The notes beneath the pieces are model-generated. The model had not been told where the DNA came from. It searched no databases and was given only the letters and a program-made list of their open reading frames with translations. Positions 50,953 to 58,800 of a stretch of 64,000 nucleotides of DNA are shown here, one piece after another (the first letter of the stretch is position 1; the number at the start of each line of letters is the position of its first letter). The translations under genes and the position numbers were made by a program. This DNA comes from an uncultured Desulfosarcina sp. (GTDB lineage: Bacteria; Desulfobacterota; Desulfobacteria; Desulfobacterales; Desulfosarcinaceae), in contig CAXXWQ010000004.1 of NCBI GenBank assembly GCA_963674945.2, forward strand, positions 1,216,001-1,280,000, written 5' to 3'.

Positions 50953-51669
50953 TCACCCGATGTTGTATTGACCCGATTCGATATAGGGCACGTCGTCGAT
51001 GTCGATGGCATGAACGATGGGGGCATTGAGTCGGCGTTTCATTTCGGCAACCACCGACCGACGCTTGTTGATGGCCAGGCCAAAGGCGGTCGTCTCCTCC
51101 AACAGTGTCTCCATTTGACATGACTTGTGGACGATATGATGATCGACACACTGATCGGCTGTGAGCCTGACGCCTGTATACTGCATATATTCAACCATAT
51201 ACATGGGCATTGCCTTGGTCAGCAGGGCGTTCATTCCCGGAAGAAAGGGAATGCCCAGATCCACTTCCGGGAAGCAGAAAAATCCTCGATCCGACCGCAT
51301 GAACCGAAAATCGAATGCACAGCACATGATGGCACCACCGGCAAAGGCATGACCGGAGATGGCGGCGATGGTGATCAGTGGATAGGTGACGATGCGTTTG
51401 AACATGCGGTTGAGCAGGTAGAAGAATTCCTTGGCCCGACGCAACTCCTTGTTCTGGAGAACCGGAATCAACCATTCCAGATCGATGCCATTGGAAAATA
51501 TCTTTTCGTGGGAAGATGTCACAATGAGGGTCGTTGCATCCGTACTTGCCTCGATTTCGTCGAGGGTGCCAAGAAAGGAGTTGAGAAAATCGGGATTGAA
51601 CCGGTTCTCGCCGCTGTTCAGCGTTACCGTGGCCACATGCTCCTGAACGGCATAATCAACCAAATTCAT
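50953..51669 (-). CDS. Enoyl-CoA hydratase/isomerase (crotonase) family protein
   Basis: FSNGIDL, AAISGHAFAGG, DFRFMRSDRGFFCFPEVDLG. Confidence 0.9.
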   Translation of the reverse strand: MNLVDYAVQEHVATVTLNSGENRFNPDFLNSFLGTLDEIEASTDATTLIVTSSHEKIFSNGIDLEWLIPVLQNKELRRAKEFFYLLNRMFKRIVTYPLITIAAISGHAFAGGAIMCCAFDFRFMRSDRGFFCFPEVDLGIPFLPGMNALLTKAMPMYMVEYMQYTGVRLTADQCVDHHIVHKSCQMETLLEETTAFGLAINKRRSVVAEMKRRLNAPIVHAIDIDDVPYIESGQYNIG

Positions 51670-51740
51670 ATGTGCTCCTAAAATAAAAAAGGCGGCCCTT
51701 TAACGAGAAAGCCGCCTCTCTTGTTTTTACCGGGGATCAA

Positions 51741-52055
51741 TCATGCACAGCAAGATCCTTCTGAACTGCAACTGCCGCAACCGGGACCGAAGTCTATGCC
51801 GCAGTCCAGTTTAAAACCGTATTGCTGGAAATCGATCTTTATCGGTTTGGCCTTTTCCAGAAAATCGGCGTTAATGATGAATTTGAAGTCTTCGATATCG
51901 AAGGTTGTATCATCGTCTTTCGGCTCATCCAGAGCCATGGCCAGGCCGGGGCCCCCTCACCCACCTTCGTTGAGGAATATCCGAATTGGCCTGATTTCCT
52001 TTCCTTTAAAAAACTCAACGAGTTGCTGTATTGCCGGCGGTGTTACCTCGATCAT
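51741..52055 (-). CDS. HesB/IscA-like selenoprotein (UGA read as Sec at 51957-51959)
   Basis: Two ORF-track fragments are in frame across one TGA: IRIFLNEGG-U-GGPGLAMALDEP; RBS AAGGAGG; hairpin downstream of the TGA. Confidence 0.88.
51922..51936 (-). promoter_or_regulatory. Putative bacterial SECIS apical hairpin
   Basis: GGCUC-UGGAU-GAGCC starting 20 nt 3' of the UGA, with G in the loop. Confidence 0.6.
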
Positions 52056-52213
52056 AATGCCCTCCTTATAGAAAATAATCGGTCCGTGATATAGGACCGC
52101 GGACCTTTCAATCGTCGAACGAAGTCGAAAATAACCATGGCCATAAAGTTTGTCAATCCAAATTCCCCTTGCGATTGACGATGGCAATAGCCGGATTTCG
52201 CCTTTTTTCAGTA

Positions 52214-52756
52214 TTACTTTGGTGACGATGATGAAAGGGTATCGAAATATCTCAGGTAATGATCGAGGTCTTTTTTGGAAAAAAGAACGAAAAGGATTTT
52301 TTGGGGTGATTCATTTTCATTGAGAAACCGCCGGCAGGTGTCCACTGCGATTTTACAGGCTTCGGTGATGGGGTATCCATAGACGCCGCAACTGATGGCC
52401 GGGAAAGCGACGCTTTCAAAACCATGGTCCGATGCCAGGGTGAGGCTGCTGGTATAGCAACTGGACAGAAGCCGGCTGTCTTCGGGTCGCCCCTTGTAAA
52501 CTGGGCCAACGGTGTGGATCACATGCCTTGCGGACAAGTTGTATCCTTTTGTGATTCTCGCCTGACCGGTGGGGCACCCACCGACGGTGCGACATTCGGC
52601 GAGCAGCTCAGGACCGGCGGCCCGGTGGATCGCCCCATCCACGCCACCGCCTCCGAGGAGGGAGGAATTTGCCGCATTGACGATTGCATCGACGGTCATT
52701 CGGGTAATGTCACCCTGCATCGCTTCCATTCGGTCAAGGGGAGTCGGCTGTGCCAT
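52214..52756 (-). CDS. ymdB: Macro-domain O-acetyl-ADP-ribose deacetylase (YmdB-like)
   Basis: GDIT, AIVNAANSSLLGGGGVDGAIHRAAG, HTVGP, FPAISCGVYGYP. Confidence 0.92.
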   Translation of the reverse strand: MAQPTPLDRMEAMQGDITRMTVDAIVNAANSSLLGGGGVDGAIHRAAGPELLAECRTVGGCPTGQARITKGYNLSARHVIHTVGPVYKGRPEDSRLLSSCYTSSLTLASDHGFESVAFPAISCGVYGYPITEACKIAVDTCRRFLNENESPQKILFVLFSKKDLDHYLRYFDTLSSSSPK

Positions 52757-52769
52757 TTCTTACCTCATT

Positions 52770-53264
52770 TCAAAGGTCGTATAATGTTTCGTCCTTTATT
52801 GGTGGCCGACGAATCAAAGCACCACCTTTGCCCTTCTTCCCGGCAAAAGAAAACGGATCTTCCGATTCCAGCAGGTCGCCCATCTCCGCCTCGATCTGCT
52901 CCGGGTCCTCGCCGCGTTCCATTCGGGATATGGCCTCTTCCATGCCCGATCCCAGCTCCATTCCAGTCATGTCACTGAGCTTCCGCATGAGATTGGCTGC
53001 CTGGCGCGGATCGTCTTCGTTGATCCGGTCCGCCTCACTGGCAAGCATCTCCATGGCCTTTTCCATCTTCGTTTCGTCAAAGGGCAGATCTTCGTCCTCC
53101 CCACCCTCTTTTGCCTTACCGGTGAAGGCAAAGGCGGACATCTGGCGCTGCAGCGTTCCGGATTTGCACTTGGGACACGCAGGAATTTTTGTGGTATTTA
53201 TGGAGCGGGAAAAAAAATTGAAAAGCATATTGCAATCCGGACAGTAAAATTCATATATCGGCAT
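52770..53264 (-). CDS. FmdB-family zinc-ribbon protein with acidic C-terminal domain
   Basis: MPIYEFYCPDC..CPKC. Confidence 0.85.
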   Translation of the reverse strand: MPIYEFYCPDCNMLFNFFSRSINTTKIPACPKCKSGTLQRQMSAFAFTGKAKEGGEDEDLPFDETKMEKAMEMLASEADRINEDDPRQAANLMRKLSDMTGMELGSGMEEAISRMERGEDPEQIEAEMGDLLESEDPFSFAGKKGKGGALIRRPPIKDETLYDL

Positions 53265-53518
53265 GGCTACCCCGCAAAAAATATCATCGAATCGTCAACA
53301 AAGGTAAGGTCTGATGGCTGGCATATGCCAAGCCGGGCATTATTGTATATTAGGACGCAAATCCAATTATGTCAACGCTTTAGAATCTATTTGACTTGAA
53401 AATGGGCTTCTGTTAAGTGCCCCTCTATTCATAAATACGATGGCATTCGATTGTTTGGCCATGCGTGGCCTGGAAAAGCTTTTTACGAAGTCGTCACCCA
53501 TATGAAAGGAAATCAGAA

Positions 53519-53938
53519 ATGGAAAAAACACTATCAATCATCAAACCCGACGGCGTCAAACGGGGTGTCATGGGCGAGGTGATCAAGCGCCTGGAGGCGA
53601 ATAACCTGAAAATCATCGCCATGAAGATGATTCACATGACCAGGCGTCAGGCAGAGGGTTTCTACGCCGTGCACCGTGAACGCCCATTTTTCGAAAGCCT
53701 GACCGACTTCATGTCGTCGGGACCGGCGGTGGTCATGGTACTGGAAGGAGAAAACGCCATTGCACGGTATCGCGACCTGATGGGTGCAACCAACTACAAG
53801 GAAGCAGCCGAAGGGACCATTCGGCGGGATTTCGCCACCGATATCGAAAAAAACGTGGTCCACGGATCCGATGCGCCGGAAACCGCCGCCTTTGAGATCG
53901 GTTATTTTTTCAACGCATTTGAAATCACCGCCCCATGA
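53519..53938 (+). CDS. ndk: Nucleoside diphosphate kinase
   Basis: [30 protein letters not shown]. Confidence 0.97.
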   Translation: MEKTLSIIKPDGVKRGVMGEVIKRLEANNLKIIAMKMIHMTRRQAEGFYAVHRERPFFESLTDFMSSGPAVVMVLEGENAIARYRDLMGATNYKEAAEGTIRRDFATDIEKNVVHGSDAPETAAFEIGYFFNAFEITAP

Positions 53939-54804
53939 CGGTCGGCATTGTCCGGGACAATGTCGCCATTGTCCTGCAGCGGCCCCGGTTTCCCGAAAAC
54001 ATCGGGTCCGCTGCCCGGGCCATGCACAACATGGGATTCTCCCGGCTGATCGTCGTCTCCCCCGAGATCTGGGACGAGACGCGAATTCGCCGCCTGGCCA
54101 CCCATGCCGCCGGCACCATCGTCGATGGTATCGGCCGCTTCGACGACCTTGGGAAGGCCCTTTCACCATACAGGCATGTGGTGGGTACGACGGCTCGGCT
54201 GGGGGGCCAGCGTCCGGTACTCAAATCACCGGAAGTTTTGGCCCGAAAGCTCATTCCCCTCACCCGAAACAATACGGTTGCCATCCTCTTCGGCCCGGAG
54301 GACAGAGGGCTCACCAACGACGACCTTCGGTATTGCCACCGACTGGTCAACATCCCCACGGCGGATTTTTCCTCTTTGAACCTGGCCCAGGCGGTCATGG
54401 TGATGTGTTACTGCCTGGCCAACGTCGATCTTGAAAATCCAACCCCATTTGCCCCGCGCCTTGCCAAGCGAATCGAGCTGGACCAGATGTATGAGGCGTT
54501 GACGGATGCCCTGATTCACATCGGGTACGTGAATCCGGAAAACCCCGATTACTGGATGGCCCGCATTCGACGCTTTTTCACCAGGCTGCAACTTCGCGCC
54601 GGTGAGACCAGCATCGTTCGCGGTATTTGCAGGCAGATCCGACGCTATGGAGAACGGCGATACGCCGATGGAGTACAAGAGGGACGAAGAAAGCTCATAG
54701 TTGATAACGCAACGGTGCAACCGATGAGCGATAAATCACCGACCACCCGTGGAGCCGGCGGTTTGATGAAGCCCCCCTCTGAAGGGGGATTGAAACCGGA
54801 TTAA
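53935..54804 (+). CDS. trmJ: TrmJ/LasT-family SPOUT RNA methyltransferase
   Basis: [39 protein letters not shown]. Confidence 0.9.
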   Translation: MTVGIVRDNVAIVLQRPRFPENIGSAARAMHNMGFSRLIVVSPEIWDETRIRRLATHAAGTIVDGIGRFDDLGKALSPYRHVVGTTARLGGQRPVLKSPEVLARKLIPLTRNNTVAILFGPEDRGLTNDDLRYCHRLVNIPTADFSSLNLAQAVMVMCYCLANVDLENPTPFAPRLAKRIELDQMYEALTDALIHIGYVNPENPDYWMARIRRFFTRLQLRAGETSIVRGICRQIRRYGERRYADGVQEGRRKLIVDNATVQPMSDKSPTTRGAGGLMKPPSEGGLKPD

Positions 54805-54966
54805 TGAACTTCCAACATCGAACATTGAATAAGGAATTCTATCCTTTTTAGACAAAGCCTTCATCTTTTATCCTACCTGGAAAAAAAATACGATTTCATA
54901 GGAACGATGGAGCGAAGCGATCGCATCATTCACCGTTGGACGTTCGGTGTTCAATGTTCGACGTTT
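54734..54966 (+). repeat. Dispersed repeat family A, copy 3 (longest, with inverted heptamer tracts)
   Basis: Aligns with the copies at 10107 and 18339; AACATCGAACATTGAA mirrored by TTCAATGTTCGACGTT. Confidence 0.8.
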
Positions 54967-54973
54967 AAATGGG

Positions 54974-56515
54974 CTATCCGCTATCTGCTCCCACCGGCCC
55001 GCAAGCCACCACACGCCCCCGATCCAACGCCAGATGATGCGTCGTGCAAAAAGGAATTTCTGCCCTACGATGGGAGATATAAATAAGACTGGTTTTTTCC
55101 TCCCGGCCGATCTTTTCCACGAGCCGCAAAACGATCTTCCGGGTTTTGTCATCGAGCCCCGCACATGGTTCGTCCAGCAGCAATAACCGCGGCGATTTCA
55201 CCATGGCCCGGGCGATGAGAACCGCCTGGCGCTGGCCCCTGGAGAGGCGATCGAACAACGTGGACGAAAGTCCGGCTGCATCCAGTTTGGCCAGCCACCC
55301 TTTGGCCGTCTTTACCTGTCTGTCGTCGCAGTATCGATACAGCCCCACCGAATCGAAGAAACCCGAACAAACCACCTCCAACGCGGTCAACGATTTTTGG
55401 TATCCAATGGCCAGATCGTGACTGACCACGCCCAGATGTCTGCGGATCTCCCAAAGCGTCTGGTGGGGGCCGCGGTTTTGCCCGAGGAGGCGTACCCGGT
55501 TGGCGAACACCTGCAGACAGTCACCGGTGATCAGCTTGAGAAGGGTCGTTTTACCGGCACCGTTGGGCCCGGTGACGGCCCAGTGCTCACCCGGATTCAC
55601 CTTCCAGGAGAGATGGTCCAACACGACAGTATCGCCGTAGCGAACCGTCACCGCCGCCATATCAATCAACGGCTCCGGCGAAGGCCCTCGTGCCGATGGG
55701 TGTGGAACGGACCCCAAGGTGGGTGTGGGACGACTCTTCTGGTCCGAAGCAATCTTTGAAGGAAGTTTCGTCTGTGAAGTGATTCGGTCGATGGGTCCGG
55801 CGTGAACCACGCGACCGTCATCAATGACGAGCCGATGGGTGGTGGTATCGAGAATCTCGTCTTCATGGTGGGTGATGAATATCATGGGAAATCCCGTGCC
55901 CGCCAGTTCCTGGAACATGACCTTTAACTGCTCTCGACTTTCCGGGTCGAGGCCGTCGAAGGGTTCGTCCAAGATCAGGATTTTTGGATTGCGAACCATC
56001 TCCCGGGCAACGAGTACGCGACTCATCTCCCCGGTGGAAATGGCCATGGCCGGCTTTTCCAGAAGGTGATGAATGTCAAACATCCGGATCGCGTCCACAA
56101 TGGGCGTCTCCCGATAAGCGGTGGTGCACTGGAAAGGCAAACGGCGACGTAGCAGAAGGTCACGAACCGGTGTCGACGCGTCGTACCGGCCTGCGTAGGC
56201 ACGGGCATGATCAAGGCGCCTCTCCCTCTGCCAAAACGCCCTTCGTGTATCGCTGTCCACATAGGCGATGGCATCTGCGGGAAAAATGCCGTCAAAGGAG
56301 TGGTAGTGAATTTTTCCCTGAACCACGGGCAGCAGACCGGCAATGGCCCTGGCCAGTGTCGTCTTGCCCGCCCCGTTGGGACCGACCACCAACCACTGTT
56401 CCCCGGCGTTGATTCGCCAGGAAAGGCCGTTCAGCAGCCAACGGTCCCGGAGGCGGACGGCGATTCGATCGATGGAGATCAAAGGCGTGGGCGGTGGTTT
56501 GCGGGCGGTATTCAC
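54974..56515 (-). CDS. ABC ATPase with two nucleotide-binding domains, ModF-like
   Basis: Two GPNGAGKTT motifs; LDEPFDGLD and LDEPCAGLD; VCSGFFDSVGLY. Confidence 0.88.
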   Translation of the reverse strand: MNTARKPPPTPLISIDRIAVRLRDRWLLNGLSWRINAGEQWLVVGPNGAGKTTLARAIAGLLPVVQGKIHYHSFDGIFPADAIAYVDSDTRRAFWQRERRLDHARAYAGRYDASTPVRDLLLRRRLPFQCTTAYRETPIVDAIRMFDIHHLLEKPAMAISTGEMSRVLVAREMVRNPKILILDEPFDGLDPESREQLKVMFQELAGTGFPMIFITHHEDEILDTTTHRLVIDDGRVVHAGPIDRITSQTKLPSKIASDQKSRPTPTLGSVPHPSARGPSPEPLIDMAAVTVRYGDTVVLDHLSWKVNPGEHWAVTGPNGAGKTTLLKLITGDCLQVFANRVRLLGQNRGPHQTLWEIRRHLGVVSHDLAIGYQKSLTALEVVCSGFFDSVGLYRYCDDRQVKTAKGWLAKLDAAGLSSTLFDRLSRGQRQAVLIARAMVKSPRLLLLDEPCAGLDDKTRKIVLRLVEKIGREEKTSLIYISHRRAEIPFCTTHHLALDRGRVVACGPVGADSG

Positions 56516-56739
56516 AGTTCAAGGTTCACGGTTCATCGTTCGATGCCGATAGCTGATAGTGAGCAGCTGATTGCTCATAGGGTAGGATAATAACCGAGGC
56601 CATTGGTGTGGATTTGCTGGTTACGGATGCCTGCCACTGATTGCAGATTACTGCTCACCGGCTGAACAATTCCCCTATCAGCTGAAAGCCACAAGATATG
56701 AGCTTTCTTCATCCCTCATCCTTCGTCCCTCGTCCCTCG
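56510..56739. repeat. Degenerate heptamer-periodic tracts
   Basis: ATTCACA GTTCAAG GTTCACG GTTCATC GTTCGAT GCCGATA GCTGATA GTGAGCA GCTGATT GCTCATA; later CTATCAG CTGAAAG and TCATCCC TCATCCT TCGTCCC TCGTCCC. Confidence 0.7.
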
Positions 56740-56912
56740 GGCTTTTCCCCCATGATCGCCCCGACTCCTTTTGCATCGGTGCAAGAATCGGAAGATGCGC
56801 AGCACGTACAGGCACAATCACAGGTCTCTTTTTTCCATACACTCCGATAAAAGCGCCGGCCCACGTAGATGGCGGCGATGGCGACGATGATGGCGACAGT
56901 CACGTTTTCCAT
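56709..56912 (-). CDS. FeoB-associated Cys-rich membrane protein
   Basis: N-terminal TM followed by CDCACTCC..C; RBS GAGGAG; downstream of feoB. Confidence 0.8.
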   Translation of the reverse strand: MENVTVAIIVAIAAIYVGRRFYRSVWKKETCDCACTCCASSDSCTDAKGVGAIMGEKPEGRGTKDEG

Positions 56913-56973
56913 GAGTCAGCTCCTCTGTTTTTCCCGTGAAGGAAAACGGGCCTTTTTTACGGAAATCATAACA

Positions 56974-58629
56974 CCTGAATCAGTGGCCTAATTTTTGCTG
57001 TTAGGATTGGCGCGGGGCGATTGCCTCACACACCATCATTTGTTGATAATTTTTCTCACTATTTTCAAATTTCGAAGGAATTTTGCTCCTGTTTCTCATT
57101 CTTTAGCCATAGCAAATCACCAAGCAAATGCCTGTAAAATTGTTCTTTTAAAAATTATAGCTACTTCATAGCGGAAAGCAAATTCAGACGAAGATAAATC
57201 CGATCCATCAGTTTGGAAAATGGATTGAGTTGGCCAAAGGATATGTACCATTTTCTACTTCTGGTTACTAATCGACCGGCCATATACATCAAGTCCTGCA
57301 TGACTGTCCGGATTCGACGCCGGGTAACTTTCTTCCGGCGTATACCGGGCAATTCAGTCGGATCACTCTCTTCGATGCTGATTTGTCCGATAATCCGTAG
57401 CATGTTGTACGTCAGCATCGCCAAATGAAGAATCAAGCTATTGGTGGAAAAATGACCGCTCGGCAAGCGCTCCAGGCCCATGTCGGATTTGAGTTCGGAG
57501 TGAAACTGCTCGCTGGTACCGTGATCGTGATAAAGTCGAATCACCTCATCCGGTGGCAACTGTGCGAGGCTGCACCAATAGGTATCGATCTGATACTCGG
57601 GGAACAGCAGTACTTGGCCCTTTTTGGTATGCCTTTCGGTAACCTCAAAGATGATTGGGTAGCGCAATGGATTGCCGTTGATGTCTTCAATCGTCTTTCC
57701 GATCCATACACATTTTCCTGAGCGGCAATGCTGTTGCTTGCCGGATTTTTTTGCCAGATCAACCCACTTTTGAACAGATTCTCTACGCAAATTGCGTTTG
57801 ATGATAAAGTGGACATTCTTTCGTGAATCGTCAGGAAAGTTGTCTTGACTGTCGTTTCCTGAATCCAACCTCATCAAAATAGGCTGATCGGTAATTTGCC
57901 TGGCATAATCCAAGGTGGCGTTGATAAATTCGGGGGTGTTTTTCTGGCAGTGTTGTTTTCCTTCTCTGAACTCAAGATTCACCAGATACCCCTCGGTGCC
58001 CAGGTAGGCAAAGATCGGAGCGAAGCCATCCGTGCCTTTGTAGGTTCTGGAAACGCCTTCCTTTTGAGTCTTTGAGTTGTCAAACGGACTCACATCCATA
58101 TCCAAAGGAAGGAAATCACCCGCACTGGTTTGGATGGGTGAAATCGCCGGAGCGCAGGATCGAACCAAATCAACGCCTGCATCCTTAATCAGCTTATCGG
58201 CTTGGTTGCCGATCAAATCGATTCGCTGACGCAATGTCGGGCTTGACGGGCATGCACGATTGCCAATGGCCTTGTTGAAAAATTCTTGCTTCTCACGAAA
58301 AATCTCGATCGCATCGTAATCAGGTTTACCAATACTCATGAGAGCAATCATCGAAGCTAAAATGTCACCATGAGAAATTTTCGGGTCTACACAATGGACG
58401 CCGTTGATCTTTTCGAAACGGAACCTGAAATTTATCGCATCAAGTAATGCGCCGATATTGATCAATCCGCTATGACTGGCAAGTTTTTCCATCTCGTGTT
58501 TTATGGTGATCGGACGCCGCATTGATTTCACCTCCGAAGTGAGCGTTTAGTGCCCTAATATTACCATAATATATATGTTTTATCAATTGGTTATAGTGTT
58601 TTAATCAGGTTTTGTGCCACGGAAACAGG
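56974..58629 (-). mobile_element. IS1380-family insertion sequence (1656 bp) with 6-bp target duplication ATAACA
   Basis: Imperfect TIRs CCTGAATCAGTGGC / GCCACGGAAACAGG; ATAACA at 56968-56973 and 58630-58635; lower GC; IHF-like TATCAATTGGTTA at 58581. Confidence 0.9.
57161..58531 (-). CDS. IS1380-family DDE transposase
   Basis: LDMDVSPFDN, GVSRTYKG..GFAP, RLDSG, YHDHGTSEQFHSELK, LPSGHFSTN. Confidence 0.9.
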   Translation of the reverse strand: MKSMRRPITIKHEMEKLASHSGLINIGALLDAINFRFRFEKINGVHCVDPKISHGDILASMIALMSIGKPDYDAIEIFREKQEFFNKAIGNRACPSSPTLRQRIDLIGNQADKLIKDAGVDLVRSCAPAISPIQTSAGDFLPLDMDVSPFDNSKTQKEGVSRTYKGTDGFAPIFAYLGTEGYLVNLEFREGKQHCQKNTPEFINATLDYARQITDQPILMRLDSGNDSQDNFPDDSRKNVHFIIKRNLRRESVQKWVDLAKKSGKQQHCRSGKCVWIGKTIEDINGNPLRYPIIFEVTERHTKKGQVLLFPEYQIDTYWCSLAQLPPDEVIRLYHDHGTSEQFHSELKSDMGLERLPSGHFSTNSLILHLAMLTYNMLRIIGQISIEESDPTELPGIRRKKVTRRRIRTVMQDLMYMAGRLVTRSRKWYISFGQLNPFSKLMDRIYLRLNLLSAMK

Positions 58630-58637
58630 ATAACATT

Positions 58638-58789
58638 ATGAATCCGTAAAAAGTCAGGTTTCGGACGGCTTCGTCAAAAGTTCGAGATCAAGGATTGCGA
58701 GTCCCGAGGAATGAGGCGTATGTACGGATACGTCGCAGTGACGAGGGATGAAGCGTAACGCCGATATCGGACTTTTGACGAAGCCGTCA
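58638..58789. repeat. MITE/REP-like repeat family B, copy 2
   Basis: Highly similar to 33739-33890; inverted ends GACGGCTTCGTCAAAAGT / ACTTTTGACGAAGCCGTC. Confidence 0.85.
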
Positions 58790-58800
58790 GACATAAAATA

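Noticed and set aside
52214..52756. Macro domain plus NUDIX as an ADP-ribosylation toxin-antitoxin system
   Set aside because: The genes are 42 kb apart, there is no ART or sirtuin neighbour, and both look like ordinary housekeeping members
53319..53330. Palindrome TGGCATATGCCA as a sigma-54 promoter
   Set aside because: No TTGC at the correct -12 spacing on either strand; sigma70-like promoters explain both divergent genes
56510..56739. Possible CRISPR array
   Set aside because: Units are degenerate 7-mers without unique spacers; no cas genes in the window
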